DNA from: Bugula neritina
Taxonomy: Eukaryota; Animalia; Bryozoa
Direction of reading: 5' to 3'
NCBI GenBank assembly: GCA_964035545.1
Contig: OZ037765.1
Coordinates: 15,138,698 to 15,202,697 of the forward strand
Length of the DNA: 64,000 nt
Shown here: piece after piece, positions 1 through 13,813 of the stretch
How the letters are laid out: the number at the start of each line of letters is the position of its first letter
How positions within the stretch are numbered: the first letter of the stretch is position 1
Made by a program: the position numbers and the translations under genes
The notes under the pieces: generated by a model
Told to the model about the DNA's origin: nothing
What the model saw: the letters and a program-made list of their open reading frames with translations, nothing else
The model's database searches: none

Positions 1-940
1 CAACATACTGCAACATACTGAAATACACTGTAACATATTGAAATAGACTGCAAAACCTTGAAATATACTGCAACACACTGAAGGATATGGCAACATACTG
101 AAATAAACTGCGACACATTGAAATATACTGCAACATACTGAAATATGCTGTAGCATACTGAAATATACTGTAACACACTGTAATATACTGCAACATACTG
201 CAACATACTGACATACACTGGAACATACTGAAATACACTGCAACATACTACAACATACTGAAATACACTGTAACCTACTGAAATATGCTGTAACACACTG
301 AAGTATATTGCAACATACTGAAATATAATGCAAGTAACTACAACATACTGAAACACACTGTGACATACTGAGATACACTGCAACATACTGCAACATACTG
401 CAACATACTGAAATACACTGTAACAGACTGAAATGTACTGTAACACACTGAAATATACTGAATTACACTGGAACAAATTGAAACACACTACAACACATTG
501 AAATATACTGCAACACACTGAAACATACAGGAACATACTGAAATATACTGCGACACATTGAAATGTACTGCAACATAGTTAAATATAATGCAAGATACTG
601 CAACATTCTGAAATACACTGTGACATACTGAAATACACTGCAACATACTGCAACATACTGCAACATACTGAAATACACTGTAACATATTGAAATACACTG
701 CAACACGTTGAAATATACTGTAACACACTGAAACATACGGCAACATACTGAAATATGCTGCAACACATTGAAATATACTGCAACATACTGAAATATGCTG
801 TAGTATACTGAAACACACTGCAACACAATGAAGTATACTGTAAAATACAGAAATGTACTGTAACATATTGAAACATATGTCAACATACTGGAATGTACTG
901 CAACATGCTGAAATATATTGCAACATACTAAAATACACTG

Positions 941-1140
941 TAACAAACCCAATTACACTGCAACAAACTGCAACATACTGAAATACGCTGTAACATATTG
1001 AAATAGGCTCCAACACATTGAACGAAACTGCAACATACCTAAATATACGACAACATACTGAAAGATACTGTACCACATTGAAAAACATTGCAACATACTG
1101 AAACATGCTGTAGCACATTAAAATACACTGTAAGATACTG
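941..1140. repeat. Divergent monomer block D (taacaaaccc aattacactg ... aacgaaactg caacatacct aaatatacga ... taccacattg aaaaacattg ... tagcacatta ... taagatactg); first of 12 copies
   Basis: Copies start at 941, 3151, 5681, 15754, 24683, 26534, 31535, 40024, 45272, 49021, 54780 and 60529. Each lies exactly 280 bp upstream of a block M copy. Confidence 0.9.
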
Positions 1141-1220
1141 AAATACACTGCAACATGCTGAAATACACTGTAACCTACTGAAATACACTGCAACATACTA
1201 CAACATACTGAAATACACTG

Positions 1221-1330
1221 TAACATTATGAATTACACTGCAACACATTGAAAAATACTGCAACATACCGAAATATATGGCAAACTACTGAAATATACTT
1301 TAACAGATTGAAAAAAACTGCATCATACTG
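1221..1330. repeat. HOR landmark block M (taacattatg aattacactg caacacattg aaaaatactg caacataccg aaatatatgg caaactactg aaatatactt taaca[c/g]attg aaaaaaactg catcatactg); first of 37 copies
   Basis: Copies start at 1221, 1851, 3431, 4401, 5961, 6931, 8411, 10476, 11446, 13814, 16034, 17005, 19205, 20175, 22543, 24963, 26814, 27785, 29965, 31815, 32786, 34966, 35936, 38304, 40304, 41275, 43643, 45552, 46523, 49301, 50262, 52420, 55060, 56021, 58389, 60809 and 61780. Three alleles of the first monomer occur: taacattatg, taacattttg and taacattaag. Confidence 0.93.
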
Positions 1331-2255
1331 AAATATACTGTAACACACTGAAATATACTGCAAAACACTGAAATACACTGTAAAATACTGAAATACACTG
1401 TAACATACTGAAATATACTGCAACACACTGCAACATACTGAAATGCGCTGTAACATACTGAAATACACTGCAACATACTACAACATATTGAAATACACTG
1501 CAACACATTGAAATATACGGCAACACACTGAAACATACGGCAACATATTGAAATATACTGCAACACATTGAAATATACCGCAACATACTGAAATATGCTG
1601 TAGCACACTGAAATACACTGCAACATACTACAACATACTGAAATACACTGTAACCTACTGAAATATGCCGTAGCACACTGAAATAAACTGCAACATACTG
1701 AAATATAATGCAAGTTACTACAACATACTGAAATACACTGCGACATACTGGGATACACTGCAACATACTGCAACATACTGTAACATACTGAAATACACTG
1801 TAACCTACTGAAATACACTGCAACATACTACAACATACTGAAATACACTGTAACATTATGAATTACACTGCAACACATTGAAAAATACTGCAACATACCG
1901 AAATATATGGCAAACTACTGAAATATACTTTAACACATTGAAAAAAACTGCATCATACTGAAATATACTGTAACACACTGAAATATACTGCAAAACACTG
2001 AAATACACTGTAACATACTGAAATACACTGTAACATACTGAAATATTCTGCAACACACTGCAACATACTGAAATGCGCTGTAACATACTGAAATACACTG
2101 CAACATACTACAACATATTGAAATATACTGCAACACATTGAAATATACTGCAACACACTGAAACATCTGGCAACATATTGAAATATACTGCAACACATTG
2201 AAATATACCGCAACATACTGAAATATGCTGTAGCACACTGAAATACACCGCAACT

Positions 2256-2270
2256 CACTATAATATAGTG
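2256..2270. other. Recurrent perfect dyad CACTATA-A-TATAGTG (about 55 intact copies)
   Basis: 7-bp inverted arms with a 1-nt spacer, e.g. 2256, 2466, 3836, 4806, 4996 and 6366. One copy per A-type module and two per long module. Broken copies at 7516 and 45958. Confidence 0.9.
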
Positions 2271-2320
2271 TAATATACAGAAGTGTACTGTAACATACTG
2301 AAATATACTGTAACATACTG

Positions 2321-5300
2321 AAATATACTGCAACATACTGAAGTACACTGCAACATACTGCAACATTCTGAAATACACTGTAACATATTGAAATACATTA
2401 CAACACATTGAAATATACTGCAACACACTGAAATATGCTGTAGCACACAGAAATACACTGCAACTCACTATAATATAGTGTAATATACAGAAATGTACTG
2501 TAACATACTGAGATACACTGCAACATACTGCAACATACTGCAACATACTGAAATACACTGTAACATATTGAAATAGACTGCAAAACCTTGAAATATACTG
2601 CAACACACTGAAGGATATGGCAACATACTGAAATAAACTGCGACACATTGAAATATACTGCAACATACTGAAATATGCTGTAGCATACTGAAATATACTG
2701 TAACACACTGTAATATACTGCAACATACTGCAACATACTGACATACACTGGAACATACTGAAATACACTGCAACATACTACAACATACTGAAATACACTG
2801 TAACCTACTGAAATATGCTGTAGCACACTGAAATATACTGCAGCATGCTGAAATATAATGCAAGTTACTACAACATACTGAAATACACTGTGACATACTG
2901 AGATACACTGCAACACCTTGAAATATACTGCAACACACTGAAACATACGGCAACATACTGAAATATACTGCAACACATTGAAATATACTGCAACATACTG
3001 AAATTTGCTGTAGTATACTGAAACACACTGCAACACAGTGAAGTATACTGTAAACTACAGAAATATACTGTAACATACTGAAACATATGTCAACATACTG
3101 AAATGTACTGCAACATGCTGAAATATATTGCAACATACTGAAATACACTGTAACAAACCCAATTACACTGCAACAAACTGCAACATACTGAAATACGCTG
3201 TAACATATTGAAATACGCTCCAACACATTGAACGAAACTGCAACATACCTAAATATACGACAATATACTGAAAGATACTGTACCACATTGAAAAACATTG
3301 CAACATACTGAAACATGCTGTAGCACATTAAAATACACTGTAAGATAATGAAATACACTGCAACATGCTGAAATACACTGTAACCTACTGAAATACACTG
3401 CAACATACTACAACATACTGAAATACACTGTAACATTATGAATTACACTGCAACACATTGAAAAATACTGCAACATACCGAAATATATGGCAAACTACTG
3501 AAATATACTTTAACAGATTGAAAAAAACTGCATCATACTGAAATATACTGTAACACACTGAAATATACTGCAAAACACTGAAATACACTGTAACATACTG
3601 GAATACACTGTAACATACTGAAATATACTGCAACACACTGCAACATACTGAACTGCGCTGTAACATACTGAAATACACTGCAACATACTACAACATATTG
3701 AAATACACTGCAACACATTGAAATATACGGCAACACACTGAAACATACGGCAACATATTGAAATATACTGCAACACATTGAAATATACCGCAACATACTG
3801 AAATATGCTGTAGCACACTGAAATACACTGCAACTCACTATAATATAGTGTAATATACAGAAATGTACCGTAACATACTGAAATACACTGTAACATACTG
3901 AAATATACTGCAACGTACTGAAGTACACTGCAACATACTGCAACATACTGAAATACACTGTAACATATTGAAATACACTGCAAAACCTTGAAATATACTG
4001 CAACACACTGAAGGATACGGCAACATACTGAAATATACTGCGACACATTGAAATATACTGCAACATACTGAAATATGCCGTAGCATACTGAAATATACTG
4101 TAACACACTGTAATATACTGCAACATACTGCAACATACTGACATACACTGGAACATACTGAAATACACTGCAACATACTACAACATACTGAAATACACTG
4201 TAACCTACTGAAATATGCCGTAGCACACTGAAATAAACTGCAACATACTGAAATATAATGCAAGTTACTACAACATACTGAAATACACTGCGACATACTG
4301 GGATACACTGCAACATACTGCAACATACTGTAACATACTGAAATACACTGTAACCTACTGAAATACACTGCAACATACTACAACATACTGAAATACACTG
4401 TAACATTATGAATTACACTGCAACACATTGAAAAATACTGCAACATACCGAAATATATGGCAAACTACTGAAATATACTTTAACACATTGAAAAAAACTG
4501 CATCTTACTGAAATATACTGTAACACACTGAAATATACTGCAAAACACTGAAATACACTGTAACATACTGAAATACACTGTAACATACTGAAATATTCTG
4601 CAACACACTGCAACATACTGAAATGCGCTGTAACATACTGAAATACACTGCAACATACTACAACATATTGAAATATACTGCAACACATTGAAATATACTG
4701 CAACACACTGAAACATCTGGCAACATATTGAAATATACTGCAACACATTGAAATATACCGCAACATACTGAAATATGCTGTAGCACACTGAAATACACCG
4801 CAACTCACTATAATATAGTGTAATATACAGAAGTGTACTGTAACATACTGAAATATACTGCAACATACTGAAGTACACTGCAACATACTGCAACATACTG
4901 AAATACACTGTAACATATTGAAATACATTACAACACATTGAAATATACTGCAACACACTGAAATATGCTGTAGCACACAGAAATACACTGCAACCCACTA
5001 TAATATAGTGTAATATACAGAAATGTACTGTAACATACTGAGATACACTGCAACATACTGCAACATACTGCAACATACTGAAATACACTGTAACATATTG
5101 AAATAGACTGCAAAACCTTGAAATATACTGCAACACACTGAAGGATATGGCAACATACTGAAATAAACTGCGACACATTGAAATATACTGCAACATACTG
5201 AAATATGCTGTAGCATACTGAAATATACTGTAACACACTGTAATATACTGCAACATACTGCAACATACTGACATACACTGGAACATACTGAAATACACTG

Positions 5301-7380
5301 CAACATACTACAACATACTGAAATACACTGTAACCTACTGAAATATGCTGTAGCACACTGAAATATACTGCAGCATGCTGAAATATAATGCAAGTTACTA
5401 CAACATACTGAAATACACTGTGACATACTGAGATACACTGCAACACCTTGAAATATACTGCAACACACTGAAACATACGGCAACATACTGAAATATACTG
5501 CAACACATTGAAATATACTGCAACATACTGAAATTTGCTGTAGTATACTGAAACACACTGCAACACAGTGAAGTATACTGTAAACTACAGAAATATACTG
5601 TAACATACTGAAACATATGTCAACATACTGAAATGTACTGCAACATGCTGAAATATATTGCAACATACTGAAATACACTGTAACAAACCCAATTACACTG
5701 CAACAAACTGCAACATACTGAAATACGCTGTAACATATTGAAATACGCTCCAACACATTGAACGAAACTGCAACATACCTAAATATACGACAATATACTG
5801 AAAGATACTGTACCACATTGAAAAACATTGCAACATACTGAAACATGCTGTAGCACATTAAAATACACTGTAAGATACTGAAATACACTGCAACATGCTG
5901 AAATACACTGTAACCTACTGAAATACACTGCAACATACTACAACATACTGAAATACACTGTAACATTATGAATTACACTGCAACACATTGAAAAATACTG
6001 CAACATACCGAAATATATGGCAAACTACTGAAATATACTTTAACAGATTGAAAAAAACTGCATCATACTGAAATATACTGTAACACACTGAAATATACTG
6101 CAAAACACTGAAATACACTGTAACATACTGGAATACACTGTAACATACTGAAATATACTGCAACACACTGCAACATACTGAAATGCGCTGTAACATACTG
6201 AAATACACTGCAACATACTACAACATATTGAAATACACTGCAACACATTGAAATATACTGCAACACACTGAAACATACGGCAACATATTGAAATATACTG
6301 CAACACATTGAAATATACCGCAACATAGTGAAATATGCTGTAGCACACTGAAATACACTGCAACTCACTATAATATAGTGTAATATACAGAAATGTACTG
6401 TAACATACTGAAATACACTGTAACATACTGAAATATACTGCAACATACTGAAGTATACTGCAACATACTGCATCATACTGAAATACACTGTAACATATTG
6501 AAATACACTGCAAAACCTTGAAATCTACTGCAACACACTGAAGGATACGGCAACATACTGAAATATACTGCGACACATTGAAATATACTGCTACATACTG
6601 AAATATGCTGTAGCATACTGAAATATACTGTAACACACTGTAATATACTCCAACATACTGCAACATACTGACATACACTGGAACATACTGAAATACACTG
6701 CAACATACTACAACATACTGAAATACACTGTAACCTACTGAAATATGCCGTAGCACACTGAAATATACTGCAACATACTGAAATATAATGCAAGTTACTA
6801 CGACATACTGAAATACACTGTGACATACTGAGATACACTGCAACATACTGCAACATACTGTAACATACTGAAATACACTGTAGCCTACTGAATTACACTG
6901 CAACATACTACAACATACTGAAATACACTGTAACATTATGAATTACACTGCAACACATTGAAAAATACTGCAACATACCGAAATATATGGCAAACTACTG
7001 AAATATACTTTAACACATTGAAAAAAACTGCATCATACTGAAATATACTGTAACACACTGAAATATACTGCAAAACACTGAAATACACTGTAACATACTG
7101 AAATACACTGTAACATACTGAAATATACTGCAACACACTGCAACATACTGAAATGCGCTGTAACATACTGAAATACACTGCAACATACTACAACATATTG
7201 AAATACACTGCAACACATTGAAATATACTGCAACACACTGAAACATCTGGCAACATATTGAAATATACTGCAACACATTGAAATATACCGCAACATACTG
7301 AAATATGCTGTAGCACACTGAAATACACCGCAACTCACTATAATATAGTGTAATATACAGAAATGTACTGTAACATACTG
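2321..7380. repeat. Two tandem copies of a 2530-bp higher-order unit
   Basis: Offsets of 2530 for M (3431>5961, 4401>6931), D (3151>5681) and near-identical 322-aa pseudo-ORFs (2468..3436 vs 4998..5966). Shared private variants are aaatttgctg and taaactacag. Boundaries are approximate. Confidence 0.88.
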
Positions 7381-10240
7381 AAATATACTGTAACATACTG
7401 AAATATACTGCAACATACTGAAGTACACTGTAACATATTGAAATACATTACAACACATTGAAATATACTGCAACACACTGAAATATGCTGTAGCACACAG
7501 AAATACACTGCAACTCACTGTAATATAGTGTAATATACAGAAATGTACTGTAACATACTGAGATACACTGCAACATACTGCAACATACTGCAACATACTG
7601 AAATACACTGTAACATATTGAAATAGACTGCAAAACCTTGAAATATACTGCAACACACTGAAGGATATGGCAACATACTGAAATATACTGCGACACATTG
7701 AAATATACTGCAACATACTGAAATATGCTGTAGCATACTGAAATATACTGTAACACACTGTAATATACTGCAACATACTGCAACATACTGACATACACTC
7801 CAACATACTGAAATGCACTGCAACCTACTGAAATATGCTGTAGCACACTGAAATATACTGCAGCATACTGAAATATGCTGTAGCATAATGAAATATGCTG
7901 TAGCACACTGAAATATACTGCAGCATGCTGAAAGATAATGCAAGTTACTACAACATACTGAAATACACTGTGACATACTGAGATACACTGCAACACCTTG
8001 AAATATACTGCAACACACTGAAAGATACGGCAACATACTGAAATATACTGCGACACATTGAAATATACTGCAACATACTGCAACATACCGACATATATTG
8101 GAACATACTGAAATACACTCCAACATACTACAACATACTGAAATACACTGTAACCTACTAAAATATGCTGTAACACACTGAAGTATACTGCAACATACTG
8201 AAATATAATGCAAGTAACTACAACATACTGAAACACACTGTGACATACTGAGATACACTGCAACATACTGCAACATACGGCAACATACTGAAATACACTG
8301 TAACAGACTGAAATGCACTGTAACACACTGAAATATACTGCAACATGCTGAAATACACTGTAACATACTGAAATACACTGCAACATACTACAACATACTG
8401 AAATACACTGTAACATTATGAATTACACTGCAACACATTGAAAAATACTGCAACATACCGAAATATATGGCAAACTACTGAAATATACTTTAACACTTTG
8501 AAAAAAACTGCATCATACTGAAATATACTGTAACGCACTGAAATATACTGCAAAACACTGAAATACACTGTAACATACTGAAAAACACTGTAACATACTG
8601 AAATATACTGCAACACACTGCAACATACTGAAATGCGCTGTAACATACTGAAATACACTGCAACATACTACAACATATTGAAATACACTGCAACACATTG
8701 AAATATACTGCAACACACTGAAACATCTGGCAACACATTGAAATATACTGCAACACATCGAAATATACCGCAACATACTGAAATATGCTGTAGCACACTG
8801 AAATACACCGCAACTCACTATAATATAGTGTAATATACAGAAATGTACTGTAACATACTGAAATATACTGTAACATACTGAAATATACTGCAACATACTG
8901 AAGTACACTGTAACATATTGAAATACATTACAACACATTGAAATATACTGCAACACACTGAAATATGCTGTAGCACACAGAAATACACTGCAACTCACTA
9001 TAATATAGTGTAATATACAGAAATGTACTGTAACATACTGAGATACACTGCAACATACTGCAACATACTGCAACATACTGAAATACACTGTAACATATTG
9101 AAATAGACTGCAAAACCTTGAAATATACTGCAACACACTGAAGGATATGGCAACATACTGAAATATACTGCGACACATTGAAATATACTGCAACATACTG
9201 AAATATGCTGTAGCATACTGAAATATACTGTAACACACTGTAATATACTGCAACATACTGCAACATACTGACATACACTCGAACATACTGAAATGCACTG
9301 CAACTTACTGAAATATGCTGTAGCACACTGAAATATACTGCAGCATACTGAAATATGCTGTAGCATAATGAAATATGCTGTAGCACACTGAAATATACTG
9401 CAACATACTGAAATATAATGCAAGTTACTACAACATACTGAAATACACTGTGACATACTGAAATACACTGCAACATACTGCAAGATACTGCAACATACTG
9501 AAATACACTGTAACATATTGAAATACACTGCAAAACCTTGAAATATACTGCAACACACTGAAGGATACGGCAACATACTGAAATATACTGCGACACATTT
9601 AAATATACTGCAACATACTGGAATATGCTGTAGCATACTGAAATATACTGTAACACACTGTAATATACTGCAACATACTGCAACATACCGACATATACTG
9701 GAACATACTGAAATACACTCCAACATACTACAACATACTGAAATACACTGTAACCTACTGAAATATGCTGTAACACACTGAAGTATACTGCAACATACTG
9801 AAATATAATGCAAGTAACTACAACATACTGAAACACACTGTGACATACTGAGATACACTGCAACATACTGCAACATACTGCAACATACTGCAACATACTG
9901 AAATACACTGTAACAGACTGAAATGTACTGTAACACACTGAAATATACTGCAACATGCTGAAATACACTGTAACATACTGAAATATACTGCAACATACTG
10001 CAACATACTGAAATACACTGTAACATACTGAAATACACTGCAACATACTGCAACATACTGAAATACACTGGAACAAATTGAAACACACTACAACACATTG
10101 AAATATACTGCAACACACTGAAACATACAGCAACATACTGAAATATACTGCGACACATTGAAATATACTGCAACATAGTTAAATATGATGCAAGATACTG
10201 CAACATTCTGAAATACACTGTGACATACTGAAATACACTG

Positions 10241-10290
10241 CAACATACTGCAACATACTGCAACATACTGCAACATACTGCAACATACTG
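10241..10290. repeat. Pure (CAACATACTG)5 run, representative
   Basis: Five perfect monomers here and at 15434, 18835 and 24363. The homologous position at 641-670 has three. Confidence 0.85.
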
Positions 10291-10475
10291 AAATACACTG
10301 TGACATATTGAAATACACTGCAACACATTGAAATATACTGCAACACACTGAAACATACGGCAACATACTGAAATATACTGCAACACATTGAAATATAATA
10401 TATTGCAACATACTGAAATACACTGTAACCTACTAAAATACACTGCAACATACTACAACATACTGAAATACACTG

Positions 10476-11445
10476 TAACATTATGAATTACACTGCAACA
10501 CATTGAAAAATACTGCAACATACCGAAATATATGGCAAACTACTGAAATATACTTTAACAGATTGAAAAAAACTGCATCATACTGAAATATACTGTAACA
10601 CACTGAAATATACTGCAAAACACTGAAATACACTGTAACATACTGAAATACACTGTAACATACTGAAGTATACTGCAACACACTGCAACATACTGAAATG
10701 CGCTGTAACATACTGAAATACACTGCAACATACTACAACATATTGAAATACACTGCAACACATTGAAATATACTGCAACACACTGAAACATACGGCAACA
10801 TATTGAAATATACTGCAACACATTGAAATATACCGCAACATATTGAAATATGCTGTAGCACACTGAAATACACTGCAACTCACTATAATATAGTGTAATA
10901 TACAGAAATGTACTGTAACATACTGAAATACACTGTAACATACACAAATATAATGCAACATACTGAAGTACACTGCAACATACTGCAACATACTGAAATA
11001 CACTGTAACATATTGAAATACACTGCAAAACCTTGAAATATACTGCAACACACTGAATGATACGGCAACATACTGAAATATACTGCGACACATTGAAATA
11101 TACTGCAACATACTGAAATATGCTGCAGCATACTGAAATATACTGAAACACACTGTAATATACTGCAACATACTGCAACATACTGACATACACTGGAACA
11201 TACTGAAATACACTGCAACATACTACAACATACTGAAATACACTGTAACCTACTGAAATATGCCGTAGCACACTGAATTATACTGCAACATACTGAAATA
11301 TCATGCAAGTTACTACAACATACTGAAATACACTGTGACATACTGAGATACACTGCAACATACTGCAACATACTGTAACATACCGAAATACACTGTAACC
11401 TAATGAAATACACTGCAACATACTACAACATACTGAAATACACTG
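10476..11445. repeat. Module A (~970 bp), representative copy
   Basis: M-to-M spacing is 970/971 at 3431, 5961, 10476, 16034, 19205, 26814, 31815, 34966, 40304, 45552 and 60809, and 961 at 49301 and 55060. Copies from 10476 onward carry aatgatacgg, aattatactg, aaatatcatg and taacctaatg. Confidence 0.88.
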
Positions 11446-13813
11446 TAACATTTTGAATTACACTGCAACACATTGAAAAATACTGCAACATACCGAAATA
11501 TATGGCAAACTACTGAAATATACTTTAACAGATTGAAAAAAACTGCATCATACTGAAATATACTGTAACACACTGAAATATACTGCAAAACACTGAAATA
11601 CACTGTAACATACTGAAATACACTGTAACATACTGAAATATACTGCAACACACTGCAACATACTGAAATGCGCTGTAACATACTGAAATACACTGCAACA
11701 TACTGCAACATACTGAAATACACTGCAACACATTGAAACATATTGCAGCATACTGAAATATACTGCAACATTGAAATATACCGCAACATACTGAAATATG
11801 CTGTAGCACACTGAAATACACCGCAACTCACTATAATATAGTGTAATATACAGAAATGTACTGTAACATACTGAAATATACTGTAACATACTGAAATATA
11901 CTGCAACATACTGAAGTACACTGCAACATACTGCAACATACTGAAATACACTGTAACATATTGAAATACATTACAACACATTGAAATATACTGCAACACA
12001 CTGAAATATGCTGTAGCACACAGAAATACACTGCAACTCACTATAATATAGTGTAATATACAGAAATGTACTGTAACATACTGAGATACACTGCAACATA
12101 CTGCAACATACTGAAATACACTGTAACATATTGAAATAGACTGCAAAACCTTGAAATATACTGCAACACACTGAAGGATACGGCAACATACTGAAATATA
12201 CTGCGACACATTGAAATATACTGCAACATACTGAAATATGCTGTAGCATACTGAAATATACTGTAACACACTGTAATATACTGCAACATACTGCAACATA
12301 CTGACATACACTGGAACATACTGAAATACACTGCAACATACTACAACATACTGAAATACACTGTAACCTACTGAAACATGCTGTAGCACACTGAAATATA
12401 CTGCAGCATACTGAAATATAATGCAAGTTACTACAACATACTGAAATACACTGTGACATACTGAGATACACTGCAACACCTTGAAATATACTGCAACACA
12501 CTTAAAGATACGGCAACATACTGAAATATACTGCGACACAATGAAATATACTGCAGCATACTGAAATATGCTGTAGCATACTGAAATATGCTGTAGCACA
12601 CTGAAATATACTGCAACATACTGAAATATAATGCAAGTTAGTACAACATACTGAAATACACTGTGACATACTGAAATACACTGCAACATACTGCAAGATA
12701 CTGCAACATACTGAAATACACTGTAACATATTGAAATACACTGCAAAACCTTGAAATATACTGCAACACACTGAAGGATACGGCAACATACTGAAATATA
12801 TTGCGACACATTTAAATATACTGCAACATACAGAAATATGCTGTAGCATACTGAAATATACTGTAACACACTGTAATATACTGCAACATACTGCAACATA
12901 CTGACATATACTGGAACATACTGAAATACACTCCAACATACTACAACATACTGAAATACACTGTAACCTACTGAAATATGCTGTAGCACACTGAAGTATA
13001 CTGCAACATACTGAAATATAATGCAAGTAACTACAACATACTGAAATACACTGTGACATACTGAGATACACTGCAACACCTTGAAATATACTGCAACACA
13101 CTGAAAGATACGGCAACATACTGAAATATACTGCGACACATTGAAATATACTGCAGCATACTGAAATATGCTGTAGCATAATGAAATATGCTGTAGCACA
13201 CTGAAATATACTGCAACATACTGAAATATAATGCAAGTTACTACAACATACTGAAATACACTGTGACATACTGAAACACACTGCAACATACTGCAAGATA
13301 CTGCAACATACTGAAATGCACTGCAACATATTGAAATACACTGCAAAACCTTGAAATATACTGCAACACACTGAAGGATACGGCAACATACTGAAATATA
13401 CTGCGACACATTTAAATATACTGCAACATACTGGAATATGCTGTAGCATACTGAAATATACTGTAACACACTGTTATATACTGCAACATACTGCAACATA
13501 CCGACATATACTGGAACATACTGAAATACATTCCAACATACTACAACATACTGAAATACACTGTAACCTACTGAAATATGCTGTAACACACTGAAGTATA
13601 CTGCAACATACTGAAATATAATGCAAGTAACTACAACATACTGAAATACACTGTGACATACTGAGATACACTGCAACAGCTTGAAATATACTGCGACACA
13701 TTGGGATTTACTGCAACATACTTAAATATAATGCAAGATACTGCAACATGCTGAAATACACTGTAACATACTGAAATACACTGCAACATACTACAACATA
13801 CTGAAATACACTG
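11446..13813. repeat. Module B (2368 bp), representative copy, with an internal 600-bp (210+390) sub-period
   Basis: Full copies at 11446, 20175, 35936, 41275 and 56021; truncated by the window end at 61780; derivatives at 46523 and 50262. Marked by taacattttg, an 8-bp monomer caacattg, cttaaagatacgg, caagttagta and ttgggattta. The atgcaagt motif falls at 12421, 12631, 13021, 13231 and 13621. Confidence 0.9.

Noticed and set aside
1101-1110. p53 half-site-like AAACATGCTG (RRRCWWGYYY, 9/10)
   Set aside because: Only isolated half-sites; adjacent monomers lack the CWWG core needed for a full element.
2253-2264. ACTCACTATA match to the T7 promoter core, and TATAAT -10 box
   Set aside because: The upstream TAATACG and downstream G start are absent, there is no -35 element or gene, and the motif derives from point changes in the monomer.
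2828-2843. LexA SOS-box-like CTG-N10-CAG
   Set aside because: An automatic result of 10-bp CTG periodicity plus the cagcat variant. There is no bacterial gene context.
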